A stretch of 64,000 bases of DNA from Bdellovibrio sp. (GTDB lineage Bacteria; Bdellovibrionota; Bdellovibrionia; Bdellovibrionales; Bdellovibrionaceae), in assembly GCA_036677065.1 (NCBI GenBank), contig JAKFBS010000002.1, positions 1 through 64,000 of the forward strand, given 5' to 3'. Every line of letters begins with the position of its first letter. Position 1 is the stretch's first letter. Below the pieces are notes generated by a model. The model saw nothing but the letters and a program-made list of their open reading frames with translations. It was not told the origin of the DNA and did not search any database. Positions 18,349 to 29,089 of the stretch are shown here, in pieces. The translations under genes were made by a program, and so were the position numbers.

Positions 18349-19068
18349 ATGCGCGTCGTAAGTTTTGTACCCTCATGGACTGAAACATTAATCGCTTCTG
18401 GTGTAGAGGTCGTTGGCCGCACACGCTTTTGTATTCATCCAGAACGCACTGTTAAAAGCATTACTGTTGTCGGTGGCACAAAGAATATCCTGATTGATCA
18501 GGTGGTGGCCTTGAAGCCTGATTTCGTGCTGTTTGATAAAGAAGAAAATAACCAAGAGATGTATCAACTTTGCCTTGATCGCGGGCTAAATTGTTATGCG
18601 ACGCATGTTACCGATCTTAAATCCTGCGGTGAAGAGCTTTTGCAATTAGCCAAGCTTGTGAAAAACGATCAGCTCGCCGTTTGGGGTAATGCCTATTTGT
18701 CTTTGCAACCGCTGCCTTTAAGTCATTTTAAAAACTGTGTTTTAGACGGCGAATTTTTGTCGGCCGCAAGTTATTCATACGTGATTTGGAAAAATCCTTT
18801 CATGCGTGTTTCGCCAAACACCTTTATTGCAGATGTACTTAAACTTTTCGGCATCGAATTGCATCTGAGTGAAGTAAAATATCCTGAAATCTCCGATGGA
18901 GAGCTGAAAAAAACTTTTTGCCTTTTTTCATCAGAGCCGTTTCCATTTGCGAAGTATTACGCTGAATTAAAAGCTCAAGGCTTTAATGGCGTGGTGGTCA
19001 ATGGTGAACATTTAAGTTGGTACGGGATTAGGACTTTAAAATTTCTGCAATCGCCTGAACAGTCTTAA
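18349..19068 (+). CDS. Helical-backbone metal receptor (BtuF/TroA-like) family protein
   Basis: MRVVSFVPSWTETL…VVGRTRFCIHP, VGGTKN, KEEN, SSEPFPF and SWYG motifs. No signal peptide. Confidence 0.75.
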   Translation: MRVVSFVPSWTETLIASGVEVVGRTRFCIHPERTVKSITVVGGTKNILIDQVVALKPDFVLFDKEENNQEMYQLCLDRGLNCYATHVTDLKSCGEELLQLAKLVKNDQLAVWGNAYLSLQPLPLSHFKNCVLDGEFLSAASYSYVIWKNPFMRVSPNTFIADVLKLFGIELHLSEVKYPEISDGELKKTFCLFSSEPFPFAKYYAELKAQGFNGVVVNGEHLSWYGIRTLKFLQSPEQS

Positions 19069-20245
19069 GGCTTCCGCCTTGTTTGCGTTCAGTGCGTTGC
19101 TTTAATTCTTTTAATTGATCTTGGTTGTTTTCAAAATAAGTAACAGCTTCAATAAATTCATGACTATTCGTTACAGTTTTAACCAGGCTTATCTTTTTAA
19201 AAGCAATGGCCTCAGGATTGTTTTGATAATACGGGCCGGTGATCACAAAGTTGCCGGCACATAAAGGCTCCATTACTGAATGCACGCGTGATACAAAAGA
19301 CCCGCCAACAAAGCTAATTTTTGAATAACGGTAAAAATCAGCTAATACGCCAATGCGATCAATAACTAGAATATCAAAATCTTCATTCGGCTGATGATTG
19401 GCAAGTTTAAGTACTTTGTGCGAAGGTAATTGCTTTTTAAGCTCTAAATACAATTCTTGGGCGTAATTAATATCGTGCGGGGCCCAGATTAAAGAAAAAC
19501 CTTTAGCTAAAAGATCTTTTGCGATGGGTTTAATAATCGCATCGTCTTTTGGCCAAGTTGAACCAAACGTAATTCTTTTTGAATTTGAATCAAGTTGAAC
19601 CAAGGTTTTTTGCTGTAGTCTGAAAAACACTTGGTCAAAACGGGTATCGGGAATATAAATCACTTTGGTTTTTGGCAGTAAACTTTGAATATAGCTAACT
19701 TGGTCTTCTTCGACGCAGCTAAAAAAACTAAAATTAGAACAGCAAAATTTTAACCAAAAAGAATTAAAAAATGTTTTTTTCGGATTTGCTGCAATTGTTG
19801 CAAGTTTTAGGTGTTTGCTTTCAGCTAAGCGAATTAAGTTGGGCCAGTAATCGGTGCGCGAAAATATCAATATATCAGGCTTAATAAAATTTAATAATTT
19901 TTCATTATCAGTCGTAATATCCCAATTTAGCGGAAAAAACGCAGTCACTTCAGAGACGATGTTTTTAAATAACAAAGGTGCTGATAGCGATGAGTATGAA
20001 ACAAAGATCTGAGAGCCAGAATTTATTTTTTTGTATTCGCGAATTAAACTTTTTGCGTATTCAATTTCGCCACTTGAGGCGTGAATCCAAATTTTTTGAC
20101 TTGATGAACTAGCCTGAATTTTGAAAATATCTTGGTTGTTGCGTAAATTAATCCAAGCTTGAGTCTTTTTGTCTAAAATAGGTTTAAGTAACAAAGCTAA
20201 TCGCCGTAAAAAAACATAGATCAGATTGTAAATAATCATAACCAC
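19028..20245 (-). CDS. waaA: 3-deoxy-D-manno-octulosonate (Kdo) transferase
   Basis: IWIHASSGE, DTRFD, GSTW, APH, IGVLADFY and FVGGSF…HSVMEP motifs. Confidence 0.85.
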   Translation of the reverse strand: MVMIIYNLIYVFLRRLALLLKPILDKKTQAWINLRNNQDIFKIQASSSSQKIWIHASSGEIEYAKSLIREYKKINSGSQIFVSYSSLSAPLLFKNIVSEVTAFFPLNWDITTDNEKLLNFIKPDILIFSRTDYWPNLIRLAESKHLKLATIAANPKKTFFNSFWLKFCCSNFSFFSCVEEDQVSYIQSLLPKTKVIYIPDTRFDQVFFRLQQKTLVQLDSNSKRITFGSTWPKDDAIIKPIAKDLLAKGFSLIWAPHDINYAQELYLELKKQLPSHKVLKLANHQPNEDFDILVIDRIGVLADFYRYSKISFVGGSFVSRVHSVMEPLCAGNFVITGPYYQNNPEAIAFKKISLVKTVTNSHEFIEAVTYFENNQDQLKELKQRTERKQGGSLKTVQAIAEILKS

Positions 20246-21222
20246 AGTCTTTCAAGATGTTCTTGCACCATCTCGGGCGTAAGTGAGGTCATACATTCAT
20301 GAAAATTTGGGTTCACGCAGGGCCCTTGACCATGTTTGCTGCACGGGCGGCAGTAAAGATTTTTTTCCATGATAACAGTGCTCGGGCGAGATGGAAATCC
20401 AAAAGGCGCTGGTCCCATAAGGGCTATTGTTTTTTTACCTAACTGTTCAGAAAAATGCAGCATGCCTGTGTCGTTACTTACGATAACTTTGGCGTAGTTG
20501 ATCACAGCCGCTGATTCTAGCAAGCTAGTTTTGCCTGTAAGATTAATGACATTTTTGTAAACTTCAAGTTCGGCAGTAAAAATATCAGTAGGGCCAGCAA
20601 GGACGACAATTTTTTTATCGCTATTGCGTTCAATCAGTTTTTTCCAGTGATTGATTGGCCAGCGTTTTAAAGCATAGGCTGCAGAGGGCACAATCACCAG
20701 ATACTGATTTAAGTCATAAGATTTTAATAACTCATGAATTTTTTGATCAGTTGATTTATCAAAAAATATCAGCGGTGGTTTCGGCAAGCGAAAAGCGATG
20801 CCCATTTTTTCAAGTGGCTTTAATAAATCACGCTGTCCTGAAAACGGCTTTTCAAAAAGATTAATTTTAAATTTAATCAGTAAAAAACGCTTTAGGCGCG
20901 ACATTGGTTTTACAATTTTACTTTTTGCAGAAACCAAATTGCGGATAAAGAACGAGCGCAAATTATTGTGAGCATCATAGATCACGTCAAATTTTTCTTT
21001 ACGCAGTTCTTGAGATATTTGAAAGACCTCAGTGAAGCCTTTTTTACGGTCAATGGCCCATACTTTTTTAACTTGAGGATTGTTGTTCAACAGCAGCGTA
21101 AAATCTGAGCGGGTTAAGAAGTGAATCTCTGCCTCTGGATGATTTTCTTTGATAAGCGCAGAAATGCTTAAACTTTGAGTTAAGTCTCCTATGCTTGAAA
21201 AGCGAATCACTAAAATCTTCAT
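20236..21222 (-). CDS. Glycosyltransferase family 9 (LPS heptosyltransferase-like)
   Basis: KILVIRFSSIGD, KRWP, NLTGKTSL, SNDTGMLH and CRPCSKHG motifs. Confidence 0.9.
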   Translation of the reverse strand: MKILVIRFSSIGDLTQSLSISALIKENHPEAEIHFLTRSDFTLLLNNNPQVKKVWAIDRKKGFTEVFQISQELRKEKFDVIYDAHNNLRSFFIRNLVSAKSKIVKPMSRLKRFLLIKFKINLFEKPFSGQRDLLKPLEKMGIAFRLPKPPLIFFDKSTDQKIHELLKSYDLNQYLVIVPSAAYALKRWPINHWKKLIERNSDKKIVVLAGPTDIFTAELEVYKNVINLTGKTSLLESAAVINYAKVIVSNDTGMLHFSEQLGKKTIALMGPAPFGFPSRPSTVIMEKNLYCRPCSKHGQGPCVNPNFHECMTSLTPEMVQEHLERLWL

Positions 21223-21302
21223 TCCTTTATGTAATTACAAAAAGGGTCGTCTGTCTATGATTTTAGCCCGAAATAGCTTGAACAACAGGCCTGTTTTAGG
21301 GC

Positions 21303-22625
21303 ATGACTGTGCAGATGATAAACAAACTGTTTTTACTCGTGATTTGCCTGTTCGTGGCTATGCCAGTGAACGCTGAAATTTCAAGCCAATTAGAAGTCTC
21401 AAATCTTAATTTTATTAGTTCGGATTACGCGGATGACCAAGAAAAAAGTTTTTTATTTCTTGGAGCTGAAATCAAATCTGATGATGCTGAAAACGATATT
21501 TTTAAAATCAACTTAAACGGTAAATACACGGCAAAGAATTCGGTTTTAAGTTATTTTAATTTGAAAGAAATCTATTTCACGAACCAGATTAATCCATCGT
21601 CTAAACTTCATATCGGACGTAAATTGCAATCTTGGTCACAAGCTGATGAAAAATGGAATCTCGGATCGTATCAGCCTCAATTTCGCTGGAACCCGTTAGA
21701 TATCGAAAGCCAAGGTCTTTTCGGTTTTTTTTATGAAAAAAACTTCGGCGCATGGACTTTAAATTTATTCGGAACTCCGATTTACATTCCAGATCAAGGG
21801 CCAAATTATGAAGTTAAAGACGGGCAGTTTGAGGCTTCGAATCCCTACTTTACGCCTCCTCCGCAAAATATTATTTTTCAAAATATAGTTTTACCGATTG
21901 ATTATAATATTATTAAACCTGAAGTTTCTGAAGTGGTTGAGCAGCTTAGTTTTGGGTTTAAGTTGGATTATCAGAACGAAGTTTTTGAAGCCACTTTTGC
22001 TGGAGCTTATAAGCCCGCAAATCAGTTTGCTTTTGGTTATAAAGGCATTCTAGTCACCAATCGTGTGCGCGTTGATGTTCAACCCAAGACTTATTATGAA
22101 AAACTGACGAGCTTAGATTTGGCGACAAAGTGGAAAAGTGGTAAGGCAGGCCTTGCGGTTATGTACGCTGAACCAGAAACTCCAGATTACGATGCTAATT
22201 ACAATTCTCCGTTGTTTGAAGCCAACACGACAGTGGTGCCATATATTCGTTTTGAGTTCGAACCTATTGATGTAGAAATTGCAGCCCTAAATATCGAAGG
22301 TGGCGAGATCAAAGAAACTGGCCCGGATGCAAACCCGGATCGTCTGCCTTTAACACAAAAATACCTCTATGCTCGAGCGTATCAGTTCTCGCTGACTTCG
22401 CGCTCACAATGGGGTGATAATTTGAAAATTCTATCTAGTTTGCAATGGCGAGAGGCCGAGAAAAATTTACTCCAAAGCTTAAAATTAAAGAACATCTTTG
22501 ATATAACTGGGCCTTGGAAAATGACTCTTGATCTATTCTTGGTTGAAACCAGCGAAGAAGCTTCTACGGTTTCAAATTATAGAAATTTAGATCAGGTGTG
22601 GTTGGGGGCTTCTTATGATTTCTAA
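21303..22625 (+). CDS. Putative outer-membrane beta-barrel protein
   Basis: Signal peptide (…PVNA|EI), many amphipathic strands and a C-terminal LGASYDF. Confidence 0.6.
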   Translation: MTVQMINKLFLLVICLFVAMPVNAEISSQLEVSNLNFISSDYADDQEKSFLFLGAEIKSDDAENDIFKINLNGKYTAKNSVLSYFNLKEIYFTNQINPSSKLHIGRKLQSWSQADEKWNLGSYQPQFRWNPLDIESQGLFGFFYEKNFGAWTLNLFGTPIYIPDQGPNYEVKDGQFEASNPYFTPPPQNIIFQNIVLPIDYNIIKPEVSEVVEQLSFGFKLDYQNEVFEATFAGAYKPANQFAFGYKGILVTNRVRVDVQPKTYYEKLTSLDLATKWKSGKAGLAVMYAEPETPDYDANYNSPLFEANTTVVPYIRFEFEPIDVEIAALNIEGGEIKETGPDANPDRLPLTQKYLYARAYQFSLTSRSQWGDNLKILSSLQWREAEKNLLQSLKLKNIFDITGPWKMTLDLFLVETSEEASTVSNYRNLDQVWLGASYDF

Positions 22626-24978
22626 TGCGGCTAAATTATTATTTTCAGCAGTCTTATCTTTAGGGCTTGTTGGTTGCGACAAATTTTTAAAAGGTAAACC
22701 ACAACCTCCTAAGATCGTTGAAATTCAAGCTGGTGATCTTGATTGTGTTAAAAATGTTCAGGCTGATTTTAAAAAATTAGTTGAATCACAAGCCAGCGAA
22801 CAGGATATCGACAATTCATTCTCATGTTTATATCGTACGCTAGATCAATTTAAAAACCGCGCTGAAGGAAGCCGTGACCCGAATGCGTTTACGAATAGCG
22901 ATCTGTTTACGATCTTTGATACATTTTTTAAAGATGCCAAAGTTTCACAACAAGCCACTGACAATTTGTTAATTCTGAAAAAGGCTTTATTGGGCGGCGT
23001 AGAAAACGAAATCTCTAAAACAGAATTAGATCTTTTAAAAGATTATCTTAAAGTTTTACAGGTCGAAGTTAAAAACCTGTCTCCGTATATTAAAATCTTC
23101 ACGTTCAAAAAAGAAGATGGCCCGTACGACCAAAAAACTTTAAATTTAGCATTTTCGCAGTTGCGCAGTTCTTTAAAAACACTTTTAACGGCTTCTAAAA
23201 TTTCGCGCGCTGAATATAATTTCGAAGACGTAAAACAATTAACGACAAGCTTAAATATCGTTGACGACCAAGAAGATCAAAAATTATTAGACCTGGTCGA
23301 GAACGTGGTTAATTTACTTGCTGGCGTTGAGCCGCTTAAAAGCGAAACTGAATATGTTCAGTCAATCGACAATTTTGTCGACTTGGCAGCTCTTTATGCC
23401 AATGTTCTTTACACAGATATTAAATTTGAAATCACAGAGAAAAACCAATTAAATAAATTGGTGGATTTCGCAGGTCGTTTGATTGATGTGCTTGAAACTT
23501 CGGTACAGTATCAAAAGTCTAAGCAAATTCCGGTTAAATTCTTAGACCCAATCGTTGCTGAAGTGTTAAAAGCAAAAGTGATTCCTGTTGAAGTGACTGA
23601 AATTACATTTTTGCGTTTTTACAAAATGGCTTTAATTCGTATTTTCAATGATCAAAAAAATATTGATGTGTTAAGTTTCGAATCACTTCGCCCGGTCAAT
23701 TTTAGAAATATTAAACGTGAATATCATATTTTTAGAATCTACCAAGAGATGATTAACGGTATTGATTTTACCTCTAAAACTTATCTCGCGCCGCCGGTAT
23801 TGACTGCAAAAATTAAAGCTTATAATTTCGTGCCAGCTTTAACTAAAACGATTCAGACAAAACATCTTGATCAGGCTTTGATTAAAGATATTTCGTTAGG
23901 ACTAGAAGAACTGCGTGCCGAAGCCGTTGCTCGTTTGCCAATTTTGTACCGTGATAAAAAATATGTCGTGGCGACGTCGCAAAATACCGCAGAAGTAGAT
24001 TGGGAAGACGTCAGCCGTGCTCATTATGTCAAAATGCTGGCGCGTGAATTAATGCTTGGCTGGGCACAGTTAGACCCAAGCTTAAACCTTTATAAAAGCC
24101 ACATGGTTAAAAAGAACTTTACTGACTGGTATGCAGACTTTAAAGAATTCGCCATCGAGACGAAGCTGTTTGATCCACGCGCTACTGACAATGGGGCTGA
24201 TAATTTCATGCAAGCTGATCTGTTTACCTATGCTGGTAACGGTGATAATCAATTAAGCTACCCCGAAGTGTTACAGTTTGTGAACATGCTGTTGTCGGGC
24301 GGTTCTGAGTTAACGACGCAGATTCAAGACGTGATGACTAAAGCGGGCTGCAGCTTACAGCAATTAGATATTTTCGGTAAACCGTGGTTTGATGAAAAAT
24401 GCTTTTTAAAGAACATTAGATCAAATTCTACAGCTTTATTTTCACATATTTATTTATTCGGTAATTACGTGAAGTCTTTAAACGAGCAAGAATACCTAGG
24501 TTTTTATACAGAGCTAATGAGTGTAGCCCGTTTAAAAGCAGACACTGTTGGTCGTATTGAAACTGCAGATATTCGTGCGTTTTCATTGTTATCGATGTTT
24601 ATTGACTCATTATTTACAATCTATGATGTGCGTGCGCCATTTGGACAGGTTGACCCAGGCGAAATTCGCACTTCTTATCCGCGCTTCAAAGCCTTTGTTG
24701 CTGATTATATTAAAAAACCTGATGTTGCTGAGAAGCTAAAAGATTGGGATGCGTGGTATAACGTGTGTAAACTTTCGCACAGCAAAGAAGAGTTCATTCA
24801 AGAAGCTTTTATTTTCTTAGTCTATAATGGTCGTATTCCAGAACGCGCAGATGTAAGTCTAACGTGCAATTTTGGCGACATTTTTGACTTTGAAGGTAAC
24901 GTTGACCGCCGCGGGATTATTAGTACTTTTCAAATCTTAAAAGATGAAATAGCCTTAGGAAATGCCGGCAAAAATTAA
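22615..24978 (+). CDS. Large helical lipoprotein of unknown function
   Basis: LVGC lipobox, mostly helical pattern, and an EF-hand-like GNGDNQLSYPE segment. Confidence 0.7.
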   Translation: MISNAAKLLFSAVLSLGLVGCDKFLKGKPQPPKIVEIQAGDLDCVKNVQADFKKLVESQASEQDIDNSFSCLYRTLDQFKNRAEGSRDPNAFTNSDLFTIFDTFFKDAKVSQQATDNLLILKKALLGGVENEISKTELDLLKDYLKVLQVEVKNLSPYIKIFTFKKEDGPYDQKTLNLAFSQLRSSLKTLLTASKISRAEYNFEDVKQLTTSLNIVDDQEDQKLLDLVENVVNLLAGVEPLKSETEYVQSIDNFVDLAALYANVLYTDIKFEITEKNQLNKLVDFAGRLIDVLETSVQYQKSKQIPVKFLDPIVAEVLKAKVIPVEVTEITFLRFYKMALIRIFNDQKNIDVLSFESLRPVNFRNIKREYHIFRIYQEMINGIDFTSKTYLAPPVLTAKIKAYNFVPALTKTIQTKHLDQALIKDISLGLEELRAEAVARLPILYRDKKYVVATSQNTAEVDWEDVSRAHYVKMLARELMLGWAQLDPSLNLYKSHMVKKNFTDWYADFKEFAIETKLFDPRATDNGADNFMQADLFTYAGNGDNQLSYPEVLQFVNMLLSGGSELTTQIQDVMTKAGCSLQQLDIFGKPWFDEKCFLKNIRSNSTALFSHIYLFGNYVKSLNEQEYLGFYTELMSVARLKADTVGRIETADIRAFSLLSMFIDSLFTIYDVRAPFGQVDPGEIRTSYPRFKAFVADYIKKPDVAEKLKDWDAWYNVCKLSHSKEEFIQEAFIFLVYNGRIPERADVSLTCNFGDIFDFEGNVDRRGIISTFQILKDEIALGNAGKN

Positions 24979-26122
24979 ACAGTCTCATTGGGCCCTCGTA
25001 TTCGCTTTTGCAAGCTTGTTTACGCTGGGTCTTGCCGACAATATTCGGGGAACCTTATTTCCCGAAATTTTAAATCAATTCAAAGTTTCAAATACGCTCG
25101 GTTCGTGGTTATTTGCGGCCTCTTCTGGTGCAGCATTTGTGGCGGGCATTACTGCTACGGCTTATTTGCGCCGATATAAAATATCATCGTTGTTATTTAC
25201 AGGAGTATTGCTTTTAGCTGTTGGCTTAGGCGTGATGGGCTTTGCTGTGAGCTTTAGCTGGTTAATTGCCGGCAGTCTGTTTTTAGGACTTGGTATCGGC
25301 TATATGGGTGTCGCCCAGAACTTATTAGTTGCTGAAGGTGTTGACCGTAAAGTGCGTTCGCGTGCTTTATCAGGCTTGCATGGCATGTACGGTTTAGCCA
25401 GTTTTATCGCTCCAATGCTTGCAGCAGCTACAACACAAACCTTTGGTAAATGGAGTGGCGCTTTTTACGTAGTGGCCATTGTCAGTGTATTGTTTTTAGT
25501 GGTGCAGTTATTAGTCGTACCGAATCCTACATTTGTTGTGCATGCGCCGATCGCCAGCACTGATGATATCGGTAAAAAAAGAATTTCTAAAAAAGCCTTA
25601 ACGATGGTGAGTTTCTTTTTTGGTTTTTATGTCGTGGCCGAAATTTTAATTTCTTCGCGCTTAGCCCTATATATGCGTACTTATTATCAGATGGATCTTA
25701 CGCAATCAGCCTGGTATGTGACTTTGTTTTTTTTATTTTTACTAATCGGTCGTGTCTCGTTTGCCTTTTTTCATTTGCCGTTTTCTTTAAAGTCGCAATT
25801 AAACGGGTTTTTAATTGGATCTTTGGTTCTTCTTATTCTGGGGCTGAAATGGCACCCGATTTTTCTGGTGATGTCGGGATTAACGATGGCACCATATTAT
25901 CCATTATGCGTTTCATACATTTCAGAAATTTCAGGGGAGTTAAGTCGCACGTTTTTATCAATCGCTATGAGTTTTCAAAGTTTAGCCGTTGTGGTCATGC
26001 ATTTAGGTGTAGGATACATGACGGATCAATATGGTTTGGCCTTTGCGCTAGGAGTAGGGTTGTTATCCCTAATAATTTCAATAATATGTTTAAGTTTTCA
26101 CCCACAAAAATTAACAGTTTAA
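24962..26122 (+). CDS. MFS transporter
   Basis: About 12 hydrophobic segments, with RALSGLHGMYGLASFIAP and GYMTDQYG motifs. Confidence 0.88.
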   Translation: MPAKIKQSHWALVFAFASLFTLGLADNIRGTLFPEILNQFKVSNTLGSWLFAASSGAAFVAGITATAYLRRYKISSLLFTGVLLLAVGLGVMGFAVSFSWLIAGSLFLGLGIGYMGVAQNLLVAEGVDRKVRSRALSGLHGMYGLASFIAPMLAAATTQTFGKWSGAFYVVAIVSVLFLVVQLLVVPNPTFVVHAPIASTDDIGKKRISKKALTMVSFFFGFYVVAEILISSRLALYMRTYYQMDLTQSAWYVTLFFLFLLIGRVSFAFFHLPFSLKSQLNGFLIGSLVLLILGLKWHPIFLVMSGLTMAPYYPLCVSYISEISGELSRTFLSIAMSFQSLAVVVMHLGVGYMTDQYGLAFALGVGLLSLIISIICLSFHPQKLTV

Positions 26123-27123
26123 TTTTATTCTTTTTATTTTTCGCTAACTTCTTGATCGCAGGTCAGGCGCAAGCGCAATTTTTATATTCACGTGGGGCAG
26201 TCGTTAGTGGTTATATCGACGAACAGTATTTATCTGCAACGAGCGAAACCAATATGTGGGAAGTCGGTGAAATTTTACCGATTATTTCGCAGAATTCAAA
26301 AATTGGCGTATTTGCCTTTGTTGAGATGCAAAATGTAAAAACGATCAAATATGGTCAGTATGAATTGCGCTTAAAACTTCTACGCCAATCGCGAAAATAT
26401 TTAATTCAAAAAGGCGACATTATCAAAAAATTAGATATGTCGACTTATAACGAAGAATTCATCGGAACCACAGATCTGATCGTTAAAAAAAGTGAATTAA
26501 ATATTTCTTCTAAATACCGTCCGCTTTTTTATCAGGGTATCTCGATCGGTGAAACAGCGCAGGCGCTTTATAAAAATGAATTTCTGATCAACTACATTGG
26601 TAATATGTATTTCGGCGCTACAGACTGGTTAACTTTAGGAACTTTTGCCCCGGGTAATTTAATTGACCGTCCGAATGCCAATTTCAAGGGCCGCTTCTGG
26701 AATTCAGATGCCACAACTTTAGCTGCAGGTTTAAGTTACGTCGATTTACAAAAAGAAGAAGAAGCTACGCTGAATCTGAATTTTTGGTGGGATTCAACTT
26801 CGTCAGATACGCTGATTTCACACACTTTCTTAAGTTTAGGTTTAGTTAAATGGGAAGGCGCCAAAGATGCTGCAGCCATCAAGGCCTTAGGTTCAAGTTC
26901 ATTCCAGACGGGATACGAAGTGATTCGTTCTGACTGGGACCGTGTATTGATTGGTCCCAATTACAACTTCGAAAGAAAAGCCTTAGGGGGATTCTTATCT
27001 TATGTCTGGATTTATGACCGCTTTCATGCGCAGGTTTCGATAAATGCGACTGATATCACAAAATTTAAATTAGATCCGCGCGATGGTTATTACGGCTTTT
27101 TTGATTTTTACTGGAGATTTTAA
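26086..27123 (+). CDS. Exported hypothetical protein with probable C-terminal beta-barrel (start uncertain)
   Basis: Signal peptide LILFFLFFANFLIAGQAQA and C-terminal FDFYWRF. The ORF-track extension to 25849 overlaps the MFS gene. Confidence 0.6.
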   Translation: MFKFSPTKINSLILFFLFFANFLIAGQAQAQFLYSRGAVVSGYIDEQYLSATSETNMWEVGEILPIISQNSKIGVFAFVEMQNVKTIKYGQYELRLKLLRQSRKYLIQKGDIIKKLDMSTYNEEFIGTTDLIVKKSELNISSKYRPLFYQGISIGETAQALYKNEFLINYIGNMYFGATDWLTLGTFAPGNLIDRPNANFKGRFWNSDATTLAAGLSYVDLQKEEEATLNLNFWWDSTSSDTLISHTFLSLGLVKWEGAKDAAAIKALGSSSFQTGYEVIRSDWDRVLIGPNYNFERKALGGFLSYVWIYDRFHAQVSINATDITKFKLDPRDGYYGFFDFYWRF

Positions 27124-28286
27124 TGCCCCGCTTTTTTATTTCGTGTCAGCCACAATTAGAGCAAGACCTGCTAAATGAAATCGAAAGCTTTTGGCATTTG
27201 CTTATTGATTTAGATGGTCTGCCAACTCGCTCGCGTCCAGAAGTTGTTTATGAAGACGTCGGCGGGATCGAAATCGAATGTGAAAGTCATTTAGGGTTTC
27301 AGATAAATCTATTTTCAAAATTAGCAAATCGCGTGTTATGGCGTATCCATCATTTTGAAGCCCGCTATTTTGACCAGTTTGAAAAAGAACTTAAAAAATT
27401 TGATCTTAAGAAATTTATCGGCGAGCAAAAATTTAATCTTCATATCGAGTCTTCAAAATCAAGATTGTTTCACGAAAGCAACTTAGAAGAATCAGCTCAC
27501 AAGATTCTAAAGAACGCCGTAGAAAAAGCTGATGAGGCTTTGTTGTCGTTATATGTGCGCATTTTTAAAGACAACGTGATTTTAAGTTTAGACACGTCTG
27601 GAAAACATTTACACAAACGTGGCTATCGTAAAGAGCAGGGCGAAGCACCTATTCGCGAAACCCTAGCGGCTAAGATGTATAATTTTTTATTAAAAAATGC
27701 TGCTAATGGCGAAATTAAATACTCGCCCCAAGATCCAAACACGACAATTCTTGATCCATTCTGCGGAGCAGGGACTTTGTTATTTGAAGCGGCAAGTTTT
27801 TTTCAACCGAACTTAGTCACTAAATTTGATTTCGAACGTTTTACTCAGCTGCCGGGATTATTAAAATCTGATTCTTGGAAGAAAAATTTTAAAATTGCAA
27901 ATCCAGCTAAAAACTCATTTTTTGGTATTGAATTAGACGCTAAAACTTTCGAAAAATTACAAAATAACCAAAAACTTTTTAAAGAGTATTTTCCGCAAGT
28001 TGATAATGAATTTACGCTTGTGCAAGGGGATTCAAAAACCTGCGACCTATCTGGTTTAGCCAGTAAAGATGTCTACGTTATTGCTAATCCGCCTTATGGC
28101 GAACGCTTAAAGAATAACGATGCTGAAGCTGTATTAACGTCGCTTGAGCGCATCCCGAACCTTAAAGGCCTTGTGGTGGTTCATCCAGCGCAGTGGAAAT
28201 TGAAATTTTCACAGTTAAAAAACAAACAAAGCGAGAGTTTTAACAACCAAGGGTTGGATTTAAAACTCACTTTATTTGCATTATAA
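27123..28286 (+). CDS. THUMP-domain class I SAM-dependent RNA methyltransferase (RlmL-like)
   Basis: SLDTSG..LHKRGYR…APIRETLAA, LDPFCGAGT and ANPPYGERL motifs. Confidence 0.85.
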   Translation: MPRFFISCQPQLEQDLLNEIESFWHLLIDLDGLPTRSRPEVVYEDVGGIEIECESHLGFQINLFSKLANRVLWRIHHFEARYFDQFEKELKKFDLKKFIGEQKFNLHIESSKSRLFHESNLEESAHKILKNAVEKADEALLSLYVRIFKDNVILSLDTSGKHLHKRGYRKEQGEAPIRETLAAKMYNFLLKNAANGEIKYSPQDPNTTILDPFCGAGTLLFEAASFFQPNLVTKFDFERFTQLPGLLKSDSWKKNFKIANPAKNSFFGIELDAKTFEKLQNNQKLFKEYFPQVDNEFTLVQGDSKTCDLSGLASKDVYVIANPPYGERLKNNDAEAVLTSLERIPNLKGLVVVHPAQWKLKFSQLKNKQSESFNNQGLDLKLTLFAL

Positions 28287-28433
28287 TCCAAAAATGCCCC
28301 TAAATTACATAGCAAAAGTGTAAGACCTGCCATTCGGAGTAAAAGCTCTAGACTTTATACTGATTTTTGTGTTTTCTACGCCACGTAAAAAAAATAATAA
28401 AAAAGTCGTGTCATTACACGCAAAGGAAAACAC

Positions 28434-29069
28434 ATGAAAGCTATCGTAGCATCATTAGTATTATTAGTTGGTCTTAACTCACAAGCAGGTCTTTTAACTT
28501 TAACTGCTGGTAACAAACAAATCGAAGGCGTGACACTAAATCAAGGCGCTCAAGTCACTGGTTCTGATGTTAAAATGACATTAGTTGGTGCTGGTTTACG
28601 CGCTAAAACTGTATTATTTGTTCCGGCAAAAGTTTACGTTGCAGAATTATTCACAGTAGATGCAGCTAAATACTCTCGCGATAACAACGCTTTAAAATCT
28701 TTAGAAAACGCTTCTGTAACTGCAGTTCGTTTAACTTTCTTACGTGGTGTTGATGCTCCAACTGTAGCTTCTTCTTACCGTGAAGCTTTAGTAGCTAACT
28801 CTGTTAACTTAAAAGACGCAGCTATTTCTCAGTTTTTAGCTAACGTTGAAAAAGGCGGCGATGCTTCTTCTGGTAAGTCTTTTGTAATGCTTTTAGTTCA
28901 AACTAAAGAAGGTGGCACAAACTTATATTACGAAGATACAAAAGACCAAGTTTCTGTAGTTCAAGGTCCTCGCGCTTTACAACAACAAATTCTTTCTATC
29001 TGGTTAGGTCAGTCAGCTGATTCTGGTTTAGAAAAATTAAAAAAATCTTTATTAAACCCAGTTTACTAA
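28434..29069 (+). CDS. Chalcone-isomerase-fold exported protein
   Basis: LVGAGLRAK…KVYVAELF, LTFLRGV and LSIWLG…LKKSLL motifs, signal peptide and AAGGA SD. Confidence 0.8.
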   Translation: MKAIVASLVLLVGLNSQAGLLTLTAGNKQIEGVTLNQGAQVTGSDVKMTLVGAGLRAKTVLFVPAKVYVAELFTVDAAKYSRDNNALKSLENASVTAVRLTFLRGVDAPTVASSYREALVANSVNLKDAAISQFLANVEKGGDASSGKSFVMLLVQTKEGGTNLYYEDTKDQVSVVQGPRALQQQILSIWLGQSADSGLEKLKKSLLNPVY

Positions 29070-29089
29070 TTTAGAAGGCGTATTAAAAA

